Assembly: GCA_051362555.1 (NCBI GenBank) | Contig: CM120643.1 | Location: 14,234,644-14,298,643 of the forward strand | DNA: 64,000 nucleotides | Source: Lingula anatina | Lineage: Eukaryota > Animalia > Brachiopoda | Reading direction: 5' to 3' | Part shown: in pieces, positions 36,553 to 50,358 of the stretch | Layout of the letters: the number at the start of each line of letters is the position of its first letter | How positions within the stretch are numbered: the first letter of the stretch is position 1 | Program-made: the position numbers and the translations under genes | The notes under the pieces: model-generated | Databases searched by the model: none | What the model saw: only the letters and a program-made list of their open reading frames with translations | What the model was told of the DNA's origin: nothing

Positions 36553-39500
36553 GTATGTGATATATCGAACATCTAAGGATACTGCAATTTCATAGGGAAT
36601 TGCAAAAGAGTAACATTGTTTTTATGTCCATTTATTTATTTGTTTGTTTAATAATTCATTTTTTGGGAGCAGGTGCATTTTACAAATATGGCACCTCTTG
36701 GCATTGCTGTTTTTTTATAAATCTTACAAAATATCTGCACTACACAGCACATATTATAAATTTAAAATATAGCACTCACAAGATTTCTTAGTAATCATGT
36801 TTTGTGTTGGTGCCCAAAAGATTTCCTGATGGCCGTGATGCTTTGTCTGTGTTCCATTTCCTTTTAATAATCCTTCTCTCCCTGTACTCAATTCCTACGC
36901 GGCCATGCGGCTTTTGATTCATACTTTTTTCCCCCTCATGATGGTCATGCTGCTAATTGCCTGGTTTCCATTCACAGTTGCTGCCCAGGATGCAGACTCT
37001 GGCACCAATATGCAGATTACTTATTCCATTCAAAATGCTCTGGATGGAAGCTACTTCAGTGTGTCCACAGAAAACAACAGGGGCATTTTAAGAATAGCTA
37101 AGTATGTATCCTCTTACTGTGTTCACAAGTGTTTTTGTGAAGTAAAAACTGTTGGGTGAAAATGTATTAAGAAATGTTTTCACTTGTGTGATTCATATGT
37201 GGAATTTTGTATGTTACCAGATAGGAAACACTATTATTATGTTGGAAATTTAATTTAACTACATTGGGTTTTAATTATAAGCAATTAAAATGTTCACAGT
37301 TGACACAGTTTAATATCTGTATTGCAATTTGTCGAAATTATGGCATTTAACCTTAGTCATTTCTTTTATGAAGGCCATTGTGAAAAACAAAAATCTTTAA
37401 ATTTTTCATAATATTCACAGGGAGCTTGACTATGAAAACAAAACGGACCACACATACCGTTTTATCGTCCAAGCCACCGATCATGGAGCGCCTGCGCAGA
37501 CGGGAACCACAGTCGTGAGGCTCCGCGTGTCCAACGTTAACGACGAACCTCCACAACTGATCCCCAACACACTCTATGTCAGTGTTAATGAAGACTCAGT
37601 TCCTGGACCAGATGGAAAACTTGTGACTGTACTGCAAGCCCGAGATCCTGATAATGATGGAATTACTTTTGCTTTTAAAGGTGTGATTTGTTTTGCAAAG
37701 AAATATTTATTGCAATATTGTAGGATTCTAGATTTTTATATCACTGTCTTGTAATTATTTTGTTTAGAATTACCTACAGTCTTTCCTTTAAAGCTTTTTT
37801 TCCAGACATTTTCAATATTCAGAAATGTTAATTATGAATTTCTGAATAATATTTACTGATAAACGAAGAAATGCTGTTGAATATATTCCTCTATTTTTGC
37901 CGTCCTACTTTCAGACCAAAATGGTAATCCAACCAATCAAATAATGCCATTCCGTCTGGATGATAACACAGGGAATATCAGATTGGTTGGTCCGATAGAT
38001 GCAAACCGAGCCAACTATATCTTGAATGTTATTGCTACTGATGATGGTGCCTGCTGTGGTGGTGGGACTAGACTGACCAGTGAAGGAGTGGTCATTGTCG
38101 AAATCCTGGATGTTGTCAACTCAAAGCCTGATTTTCCAGACTGCGCCTCAATGAATCCTTCAATCGTTGAGAGCGCTCCCCCATCTACTTTTGTTTATCA
38201 GGTATATGTTTTTGTTGAAGGTTCAATTAGGTTACTGGTTGGATCTCAATAGATTTCTGAGTAATAGTATTCTTCGTTGGTGTTCAAGTGGTGATACTGC
38301 TATCCTGACTTGAATGCCTTTTTGTGTAACAAGTTTTTTTTTAAGTTGTTAGATAAGGGAAAAAATGAAACATTTTATTATTTTTTGTTGATTATGATTT
38401 TAAGACCACTTTTTTGGTGCAAGTTACATATAACCAATAGAAAAATAAAAATGAATGCAAAAACAAACAATATCTTTAATGCATTTTTATTTTTTGCTTT
38501 TTCTCTTAACAGGTTAGAGCACAAGACGCAGACAGTGGTAGCAATGGCCTTATCAAGTATAGCTTGCTGTGGGCACCTCAAGCTCGCATCCGTCCATTCA
38601 GCATTGACCAGACGTCAGGCAACATGACCACCACTGAGATGCTGGACAGAGAACAGTACAAAACGGTCAGTGTGACCGTGAAAGCAGAGGACAGTGGAAA
38701 TCCACCCCTAGCAGCCTTCTGTTCATTCCAAGTTACCATTACCGACATAAATGATAACTCTCCTGTCTTTGACAAGGGAGAATACACCACAGCATTGTCA
38801 GAAGACAAGGATGTTGGATACAATGTAATTCGTGTACGCGCTACGGATAAAGACTCTGCTGTCAACAGCCAGCTTAAGTACAGGATTATTCCATCACCTA
38901 CTAGTGCTTTCTTCCAGATAAACGAAGACTCGGGGGTTATCTCTCTAGCCAGGGCACTCTCTCAGGTATTTTTCCGTGATTTGCATGAATGATTAGAAAG
39001 TGATAATAGTGTAGCAAGTTTTAGAAGGATTATGATAATAATTAATAATTTTTTGTTATTGGTTATTCTGAGTAAGCTTTTGTGAAAAAATTGATTCACT
39101 GATAGTGATGACTCTATTAAGTGTATTGCATTTCGTTTCGGTGCCTTCATGTCAATTTTGTTTAAAAGTATAGCAGTTTGATCAATTTGTTAAAATCTAA
39201 CAAACTTAAGGTTTAAGTTTATTGTTGGCTTCATTACTAGTACATGAGTGAGCACAAATTGAACATACAAATGTTATTGAATCTTTTTTACGGTAAATAC
39301 TTGACCTATGGGAATCACATCATCTTTATCGAGGTTTGTGATAGTAGTATTTAAATGAAGCAGCTTAAGTCCTTTTCAGTTGAACTAAAATATTTTTACA
39401 TAATGAGTTAATTTGTCAACTTTGTAAGAATGAGTCACTTTATATTTGTTTCTTTTGAAATTTCTCCTCAGGTCCAGGAAGCAGTGTTCACTGTGGAGGC

Positions 39501-42500
39501 AATGGACCAAGGCAGTCCACAGCGTGGCGAAAACGTCACCGTCAGAATTTCTATCACCGACCAGAGCAACACTCCTCCAGAATGGGTTGAGAACATTGAT
39601 GGCAGAACCTATCGAATCATGGAAAATGAGACTGCTGATCACATTGTAACTACCATCTCTGCGAGAAACACCATCGAGGGTCAAACCGGTCTGTCGTTCC
39701 GTATCATTGATGGTGGAAATGAATTCCAAAATGGTGTCCGAAGATCTTTTTATGAAAGACCAGTTGACGAAACTTCCTTCGAGGTCCTTACTTACAGAGC
39801 TCTTGACTATGAAAATCTCCATCGCTATGAATTGAAAGTACAAGCTTCGGTGAGTACCATTTTAAAATGTTATTCATGAAACATAATTACTAATGAATGT
39901 AAATTCATCAGATAGACTTAATATCAAAAAAAGCAATTTGTGAATACCCAGAAAGAATGTTATAAATTTTTTTAACATCTACAAAGTTTCTTGAGTTTCT
40001 TGAATAAAGAGTATCAGGTTTGTTGATTGAATAAAAAACTGTCAAATCATACAGAAATTTGCTTACAACCAATTTTTAAATAAAACTATTTTCCCTTTTC
40101 AAACCAGAACAAGGCACAGAACAGGCTTACCCTGTACAAAGAAGCCATCATATATGTGGAACTGATTGATGTGAACGATGAGATTCCACAGTTTGAGGAT
40201 ATCGATACCTCGGGTTACATCTTGGGCAGTGTACCAGAGAATGAACAAACCAACTGGCAGGTTGTTACAGTACAAGCCGTAGATGCTGACACCATACCCG
40301 ATTATAAAAGGGTGAGTAATAATAACAATAATAATGAGCTTTATGAAAAGAGGGTAAAACATGTTAAGTGTATACACTTTTCTTACACATGGCCTTCTGA
40401 GGGGTTAGAACAAGATATTGTGTTGATGAATAGAATATTGCGTTAATGAAATAAAGATATATAAATTAAATTATTAAATGAAAATAATGGAGTAAGTAAA
40501 ATTGAATCAAATTTATTGTGATCAGTTGCAGATGCAGGATAGCAAGAAGAGGTGGATTTTTTTCTTCTTTTTGCAAATCATGCTCTTTTTTACAATTATA
40601 GAAAACATGATGCAATTTGGAATGTTTTGCAGTAGTAATGTTAGCCTCAGAAATTTTCAGGTTTTCAGCAAAGAACTGGGACTGTATTTAACAACTTTTC
40701 GTTTGTATCTCTAAATGATAAATATCATGTTTTAGACTGGTATTGAGAGTGAAAAAGAGAACTATCCTTAAGCCAGTAGCAGGCCTGTTATTTGCCTGTT
40801 TATGTGATAAAGCTAAAAGATATAGCCTCGCAGGTGCATGGTCTCAAAATATGTGACATTTTGTGTGGAAGATTCCCTAATGAAAATTCAAATGATTTTC
40901 TACTGAGTATATTTGACATTTTTTAGGTAAGGTACAGTTTCGCTCCACCAGAACCAAATGAGGAAGATTATCGCACCAAATTTGCCATTGATTCCAGCAC
41001 TGGCACCATCACATCGCGGGTTTCGTTTGACAGGGAAGAAAGGCGAACCTATTTTGTGACGGTAGCTGCTGAAGACAGTGCTCCATCAGCCAGGAAGAGC
41101 GTAAATGGACCCAATCGAGGTATTTACACTGGAGACAAAAGACTAATGTCTTAAACTCACAGCTTATGTATTGAAGATAATAAATGGCACACAAGCTACT
41201 AGAATCGGGCTTTAAAAACTTCAGTAATCTGCTGTATACCTATTAGTAGGTACATTGAAATGAGGGCCGTATCTCATACATGATAGGATTCTCTTTATTC
41301 TTAAGAACTGCTGCTTGGGAAATAACTGCTTTGTTAAATTTACATGAAACCTTGGATTCCATATTTGATTTGCCTTTATCAAAGTTGACTTTATAGTACT
41401 GCGTGACGAACTGATGTTGCTCTCCCTTTTCATTATTTTTCCTTTTTCATCCTCAGCTGTGGCGACTGTTAAGATAATTGTGACGGATAAGAATGACAAC
41501 ACGCCAATGTTTGCCAAAGCTCGCTACAACACGTCCGTGTTTGAAGACGCAGAGATTGGAGAAGTCATCTTTCAGTTGACGGCAAGTGATGCTGATGAAG
41601 GTAAAAGATATTTTTTTTTGAAACAATTATTTTCATATTTCTCTTATCTTGTTCATATTTATCTATCAACCCTCAAAATTGAGATTTATTATAAGAATTA
41701 TGACACGTAAGAGGATAAAAAAGGGTTCCATGCAGGTGTCTTGACATGTGATACTGCTTTGTTAAATCCTGGATCTGCCCATGATTTTAGCATTCTCCAT
41801 TTTAGATGGTTCCTTGAGTTATTTTATCAGTGCCGGAAATATTGACGGTGCGTTTGGAGTGACGCCAGACACGGGAGAGATCATTGTGCAGAGACGCCTA
41901 GATTTTGACAGAGGAACAAGAGTATGTATTTATCATTTTTATAGGAAAGCCACTTCTTGTTTTTGTTGACAAACTGAAGCTTTTTGTACTGAATAAGTCG
42001 TAATTTATTTATTTCCTGCCATCATGTATCACTTAAAAGTTGATATATCTCTGTATTTTTAGTCTCAAAAGTATCTAGACTTAATTTTATGCTATTTTTG
42101 GAAATATCCTTTGTCAACTTTTGAAATATGCCAGAGGGAAAGAATACTTGTTTTAAATTGAATGTTGACTGTTTGTTTAGAATGGCACCAGCCCAGGTGT
42201 GCAGGTAATTGAATTATGTACCATACTTTAAATGTCATCACCATTTTTTTATTGACCGCATCAGAATTATTCTTTTTATTCACTTATTCAAAGAAGCTAA
42301 TAGTGTGAAGCACCATTCTGTCATTGTGCAAATTTGAAAGTTAAATTGATAATCCATGCAGTTGAACCCTATTTAAAAACTATTAAATGGTTATCGTTAA
42401 GTGTATCATTGTTTGATTATTTACTTGAAATAGAATTAAGAGGGATTTTCATTAGGTTTATATATTTTTTCTTTAATGCTGTGCCAGATTCACATTGTCC

Positions 42501-45500
42501 TTTCTGTCAAGCCACTTTTCCCATCTTTCAAGATATTTAAAAATAATTTTGTACACAAAGACCAATACAGCTTTCATGCTTAATTTCTGAATTCTTAACA
42601 TTTTAATGTTAAAACATGAACTGTTATAAATTTGTAAACTTTGCATTTTAAGCCCTATAATGGTTTTCATAAAAAATGTTTTATTTTGATGCAAAAATAA
42701 AATTAGAAAAATTTCCTCCATGCTTTATACAGAGAATGCCCTCCACCTCTATCAACCTCTTAAATTTTACCCAACACCCATGAGTGGTGCCACCTTTTGT
42801 TGATTCACTATGGTACATTATTGTATAGAATAAACAGCTTGTTATACATTTATGCATACATATGTTATTTTTGATTTGGCAGTGTAAAGTAGGACAGTTA
42901 AAACATTTTTGTAAGCTTATTGCTGTTTGTATCTTTCCCTCATTAGATATATACTCAGTGATTCAATTTGTAATTGTTACATTTTGGTGATCATCCAACA
43001 AATTGGATACGTTTTGAGAGGCTAGTTGTGAGAAATTTTGACTTTCAACTCTAGATACAAAAAAAAAGAAGGAGACATTATTATTTTATTTAATGTACTT
43101 GTTGTAATACATGAGCGCCCCACAACATGGCATAATTTTAAAACACCTGCCATTGTTTTTCCAGCACTACAACTTGACGTACAGAGTTGATGATGGCTTA
43201 CATTCCAACACCACCATTTTGGAAATAATTGTCAAGGACGTCAATGATAATGCTCCAGAATTCAGTCAAGGAACCTACGAGGCGAGAGACATCATGGAGA
43301 ATGATAACAATGTTCCCAGGGATTTATTGAGGGTTTGTGTTTGATAAAGCATTTCAGAATCAATTAATCATCATTGAGGTGTAAAAAATTTCTGAGTATC
43401 TGCTAGTATCCAGTGACTTCTCATCAGTTTACTTGTCCAGTTTGTACGTTATCATCTTTAGACAAAGGTATTTTGAGCTGAAAGAATTTTTCATTGTGAT
43501 CACCTCATTCTGTTTGAATGTTATGAATACGCATAGTATGCATGCTCATTCATTTGAAGGCTGGTATTTATCTGTGATCTAAAATGGTCTTGTAACAATG
43601 GTGCGAGTAGTTTATTCAGTGCTGTAGCTAGAGCAAGCCAGCGAGTTTAATACAATATAATATGAGAGTAATAAGGATTTAAAGCAAGTATATCTGTTCA
43701 TGCGTTGACAGTACTGTATTTATCCATGAACCAGGCAGTCTTGTTCAGGTAACATAATCACACATTATGATCATCAATGTGTTACATCATTTTGCCCTTT
43801 CCCTCTTCAGGTAAGTGCCACAGATCCAGACACCAGCCGTAACAACACCATACGGTACAGCCTGGACGGTCAGTTTGCCAGGGATGGCTACTTTGATGTT
43901 GATCCAATAACCGGACAAGTCAGGCTGCTCAAGCCGCTTGATCGTGATCCACCAGAGGGCAGGCCAATCTGGGAGGTCAACGTTCTTGCAGTTGATGAAC
44001 CCACATCCCCTAACGCCCTGACCGGATATGCAGAGATCAAGGTATACGTACTGGATGAGAATGACAATGCACCAGTCTTCGTCCCTGAGAGGCTGAAAGG
44101 AACAGTTATGGAAGGAGAAATAGTCCGTGAGTATTTTTTTATAACTAGTGAGGTGAATATTTTTTTAAGGAGAGGAGATGGGGGGGGGGGGGGGGGGCAC
44201 TTCCAATTGTTATTAATTTTTTCCTTTGTGTATATTGTAAATTTTATGAATCCTCACCACAATTTTTGTAATAACAATATTTTTCAACTTGCATAATAAA
44301 TTACCCATAAACCAGATAATAAAAAAAGATTTGTTTAGGAAGCTCCAGCAAAATATAAGCTACTATAGCATAGTCATGCAAAAAATAAATGAGAGAGAAG
44401 CATATGGTTCATGTTTCTTCTTTCGTCAACTTCAGCCAACTTCATGACAGTGGTGGCCACGGATAAAGATGCAGGGGACAATGCCCTGGTCACTTACTCC
44501 ATCCTCCAGAACAGTGTAGGTGCCAATGGGCAGAACCTTTTCAGTATTCAGAGCAGTGGCACCAACAAAGGGGGCATCTCTACTCTGACAACGACTCTCG
44601 ACCGCGAGGTCCAGGCTCAGTATGAGCTGGTGGTGCAGGCCCAGGATAACCCATCAGACGGTAGCCAAAGCAGATCCTGTGAGTAGATTAATCGGGGAAA
44701 AAATTTGAAATTTTCTTCTCTGAAATATTTATCAATATTTTTAAATGCCTGAATATGACTTGACCACATTAGGTAACATATTTTTTCAAAATTATCGAGA
44801 GGTTTGATGAAATGTTCGAATTGAAAAAAAAAAAAATTACGTCAGCTTTAGATATGTCATGGTACAAACAGGAAGAAAATGATATATTGGAAAAGTGCAA
44901 TAGGTTACTGATCTTTCTCTTTGATCTGCAGATGGCATCACAATTGATAATTTGACAGAGAAGGCTTTATTGGTGCATGAAAATTTCAGTAAGCAGTTGA
45001 GAACCCAATTTATAGAAGAAATTGATAATATAAGTGTTTCAAAACAAACATTTTTCTGTACAACACGTGGAATCATATCACATTTTCTTCCTCCTTTCCA
45101 GCCAGCGCAACTGTCACCATTACTGTAGGAGACAGGAATGATCAGCCACCTGTCTTTAGGCAAAGTTCCTACACTGCAGAGATGTCTGAGAGTTACACTG
45201 TGGGTACCTCAGTGTTAACAGTGGCTGCCTCAGACAATGATATTGGCAGCAATGCAGCCATCACTTTCAGACTGTCGGATTCCAACTTCTTCAGAGTTGA
45301 TAAGGTTGCAGATAGCAATGATGACACACAGTATGGAGTTGTTAAAGTGCATCAGGTAAACAGCAATGAGATATCTCAAATGATTTCAGGAATTTCTCAG
45401 TTGTGTGAACTTATCTACATCATCTTGGCTAATTTTAGAGTTTTGTTTTCATAGATGACACATATTTCACCTCGGATCAAAACCAGATGGCCTTTTTTTT

Positions 45501-46717
45501 GGTCACTAGTTCGTAAAGATAACAGAATTCATGAATCTAATCACACATAGAAAAGTCTTCATATTATGTGTTTTCCAGTGCAATTCGAATAAGTGAAAGA
45601 GGTCAGTCTATATGATGATTTGAAATGACACAACAAGTAAATATCTCAATTTTATTAATAACCCACCATTTGTCATATTTTGTATTTCAGCAAATTGACT
45701 ATGAACAGATTAAAGCCGACCCCGTGATAAGACTTCAGGTGTTCGCAGAAGACACCGTTCACACTGCCACTGCTAATATCACCATCACTGTCACAGATGC
45801 CAATGACATGGCACCAGAGATCACTCCTCAGACATTTGAGACTGATGTTTATGAGAATGTTACAATTGGCACTAAAGTTGCAGAATTTACAGCTACGGAT
45901 GGAGATTCTGGAGTTAATGCCCAATTTGAGTGAGTAGTTGCAGATTGTATGTTTATCTAGAAGTCTCATCTGAATATACGAAATGATGGGTAGCCATTTG
46001 GTCATAATATTTTATCTAGAATCTACCGCCTAATTTCGTTAAAATTTGGTGTTGATTTTGGTATTAAGCATCTTATAAAATTGACAAAATAACTCTGTTG
46101 TTCATCATTATTTGCTTTTGTCAGTGCATTTTACAACTTGACTACTCATTTTCAATGCTAAACAGTTTTAAAAGTCTTTCCTTGCTTTTACGTAGGTTCT
46201 CAATTGATCGCAGAACAGATAGACAGCGCAAGTTCCGTATCGAGCAAGTCGGAAATAGAGGCATTGTGTATGTTTATAAGGGCCTGGACAGAGAGGCCAT
46301 CCCTGATGATCCAGTGAGAACAATTAAGATTTTGGCCATTGACAAAGGTAGGTATAACACATTGATTCATATTATAGTGTAGAATTGGGAATCCACTGTC
46401 TGACACTGATTTTATTGCTTGAAATGTGAATTATTTGAAGACATGCTTGATGGCCATTGACAAAGGTAGGTATAACACATTGATTCATATTATAGTGTAG
46501 AATTGGGAATCCACTGTCTTACACTGATTTTATTGCTTGAAATGTGAATTATTTGAAGACATGCTTGATGAATTATTGTATGATAAATGATTTGCTGGGA
46601 AGCAAATATGTTAAATATTTTGTACATGATGCACTGGCAAAATGACTTAGTTCATCAGTTTGGGATTTTTTTTTTTTTTTCAGTTCAGATTTTTTCCATC
46701 ACATTTTATTTAGAAAC

Positions 46718-46782
<65 letters not shown>

Positions 46783-49700
46783 TTGTAAATTAAACAAGTA
46801 ATTTATAAAACTCTTATCAATTTGTAGGAGTCCCAGCCCAAACTGGTTCAGGTACCCTCAAAGTGAGGTTGTTGGATGTTAACGACAATTGGCCTCAGTT
46901 TGCCAATGACCTTGACCCTCCACCCCGGGTGATGGAGAATACCCCACCAGTGGTCAGTGTGATCACAATTAGTGCAGTTGATCCTGATGAAGAAAGTAAT
47001 GGCCCACCATTCACCTTTGCCTTGGGAGATGGAGCTGTTTCTCCTAGAAACTGGCGCAACTTGTTCACTTTTGATTTTACTCCACGTAAGTCTGACAGGG
47101 AGACTGTACACATAAAAGCCTAATAGGAAGTTGACTGTAAAAGTGGAAATTAAAAGTGGATATTATGACAATTTAGCACTCTACATGTAATTTTAGATTA
47201 CAGACAAATGGGAATAATGAAAAAAACAAATAAATGTTATGTTGCTAAAAAATATTTTCCTAGAAATTATTGTTTCCCATGCATTGCGTTGGCGTGCCCC
47301 ATCCAAAGCCATTCAGAAAATCGTGACTTAAAAAGTGTTTTTCAAGGTCTTACTTTCAAATTTTTTACCGTCAACAGAAACCTCACCCCCTTATGGACAG
47401 GCACTAATTCAGTCAAGTGCCACTTTTGATCGAGAAGAGACCAAATTCTACTACATGCCAATTATGATGCGCGACAGCGGAAACCCTGTGATGAGTGGCA
47501 CCAACACTCTGACCATCGAGATCGGAGATGTCAACGACAATGACCACAAAGCCGGTCGGAAAGAGGTGTCTGTGTATAACTTTGAAGGTAAGCTTTATAA
47601 CAGCATGTTGAATAGTTTTTGCTTCATGGTGCATAGTGGCCAGTATTAGGCAAGAAGAAAAACCATATGACAATGAGAGAAAAAAAATTCTAAAAGGCCG
47701 ATTTTAAAACGTAATGACGCTGTATGATTTGCATGTGGTGACAGTCATGTATGACATTCTCTGCATTCATGACTTATATATCTATATATCTAGCCACTGA
47801 AGAAATATATATATCATTTTAGTTGCATGTTAGGAAATTTAAAGCTTTTCACAATGACCAATCCTATAAAATATAATAAAGATGATGAACATTTCTTCTG
47901 CATCCTGTGCCTCCTCATAAAACTATAGCAAAACCTTCTCATCAGTGCAGAATATTTAAGCCAAATGAATATTATATGATATAATATAAGAGCCCTACAG
48001 TACCAATTTATTAGATTTAGTAGAACTTGGCTTCAGCTGTTGCATGTGAGATATCATACGCTTATTATACTCTTTATATATTGATTGCAAAACTATATAT
48101 AGGCCCACATATATACATCTTAGTTAGTTTAGATTTACCCTATAGTAAAATAAAAAACTGCACTTGCCCTATGCTAACTTTACCCCTCATTTTTAAATCT
48201 TTTCAGGTTGGAATGACCCAGATAGTAAGTATTATATATATCACGGTTTGTCTAATACATGAACTAACAGCATGCAATTATCCCCTGCACCATTTTATAG
48301 TGCTAGACATGTAGATATGTTATAGTTATATGAAGTATAGTATTGTTAGATATTTAAGTAGTATATTATTTTCATTCAAAGGGATTTGGTGTGTGATTTA
48401 ACGTTGTGTCAGTTTTTACCATTAAATAAATGTGGGTTGGTTTGAGTGTTGGGATAATTTGGTTTTTGCAATTATTTAAAAGTAGTTACCTTCTGTATCT
48501 TTTATTTATTTGTTGTATTTTTTAACTAAATGTTTTGTGCTAATCTCAAATGGGATTGCGCAGTGACTGTGTGAAATTGGTTTTATGTTGCTTGGTACAG
48601 ATCTTTTTAAAGCACAACAGAATTTTTGTTTCATTTGAATAGCAGGTGGATTTTTTATCATAAAGAATGATAATCTTTAATAATATAACAAGTCAAATAG
48701 TGTGTTATTTGATTTTAGCACCTACTTTTATTACTTTTTTATGTGTTTGATAACATCAGGGGAAGTGTGTTTTTGTTGACCATCAGTATGTATTTAAATA
48801 TGTAGATTGTGTTTTTTCAAACAATAATTATATTGTACAGTTTTATAAAGAGTAATGATTATCTTTGTATACATTGCAAACAGTACCAGAGATTGTCGCT
48901 GCACTGTAACCAATATAATTCATGTATTTTGGGGGGAAATACCATAGGATGATCCTTTACTTTTGGTTGGGATGTCCCTCTGACTGTCTTGTTCTTTTGT
49001 GTTTAAAGGTCAGTTTAGCAGCACAGTGATAGGGAATGCCTATGCTGAAGATCCCGATGACTGGGATAGAGTGGACAAGACATTTACTTGGGTTGGAAGC
49101 CAGCCTCAACATTTTAGGTGAGTACAGAAACATGAGTTTTCTCGCAAGGAGAAGTTAACCCAAGACTTGCTTAAAGAAATTTATCTGAGATATAATTGTA
49201 ACCATTTATTTATAATAAGTTCAAATATTGTCATCTCCCTCGCAAATGCTGTGTAAATTATATCCACTATGGGCTTAGGCAGAGAAATGTCACATGGAAT
49301 ATGTACTGACCATGACATTTAACCTCTAATTAAAACTTAAACCTGTTATTCTCTAGCTTGGACCAGGACACTGGCGATGTGATAATGCTGAAGGGGGCAC
49401 CTGAAGGAAACTATAATCTGGAGGTCAAGGTCACTGATAATGTTCGAAATGTGGAAGCCATTGCCGTGGTAGTGGTTAACATAAAATACATTGGAAAAGA
49501 AGCCGTGTACAGCTCTGGCTCCATAAGATTGACAGGTATTACTTAAAAAGGCTTTATTGAATTGTACTATAATCATAGTCAAATAAATCATTGATCATTT
49601 TGTTTTTTTTATATCTGTTTACCCAAGTGACATTATTGTACATAATAATTTACTTAGTAACTACTGTCCTATGTAATGGTATGTTTGATTTATCACCTGA

Positions 49701-50301
49701 CCCTGGTTATTACAGAGATAAATTCATTCACAGGATGTTGTCTGATTTATCAGTTTTTTTTAATTTCTCAGGTTTAAGGATATACTTTTTGATGATATAT
49801 TTTTTAATTAAATCAAAATTCACCTATCGCATTTCTGTTCAGGCATCACTGCAGAACAATTTATTGAGAGGCCCAAAGGTGGAAAGAGTAAATATGACAT
49901 GTTCCGTGAATTGCTGGCCACAAAACTTGGCACCAAAACCGAGTTTGTTGAAATTTTTACTGTCAACAACAGTGCTCCAAATACCATCGATGTGCGCTAT
50001 GCTGCTCATGGCTCCCCATGGTACAACGCTACCAAAACAAATGGCGTAGTTCTGTTAAACCAAGCAGAGGTAAGGCTTTTTATCATTTGAGCATGGTTAT
50101 ATGCTATTTGTTCTTTAAATTTAAAATTATACTGGTTTTTGAACTGCAGACATTTTTAGAGAAATTAAGTTGTGGAAAAATTATGTTTTCAAGCCATTTA
50201 TTCGATTTAGGTGTATTGTTATGCTAAAATGTTAAAATCTATGTAAGTTAAGTCAACATGATTTTTAACTTATTTACTTATTATTATTATTATTATTATT
50301 A

Positions 50302-50358
<57 letters not shown>

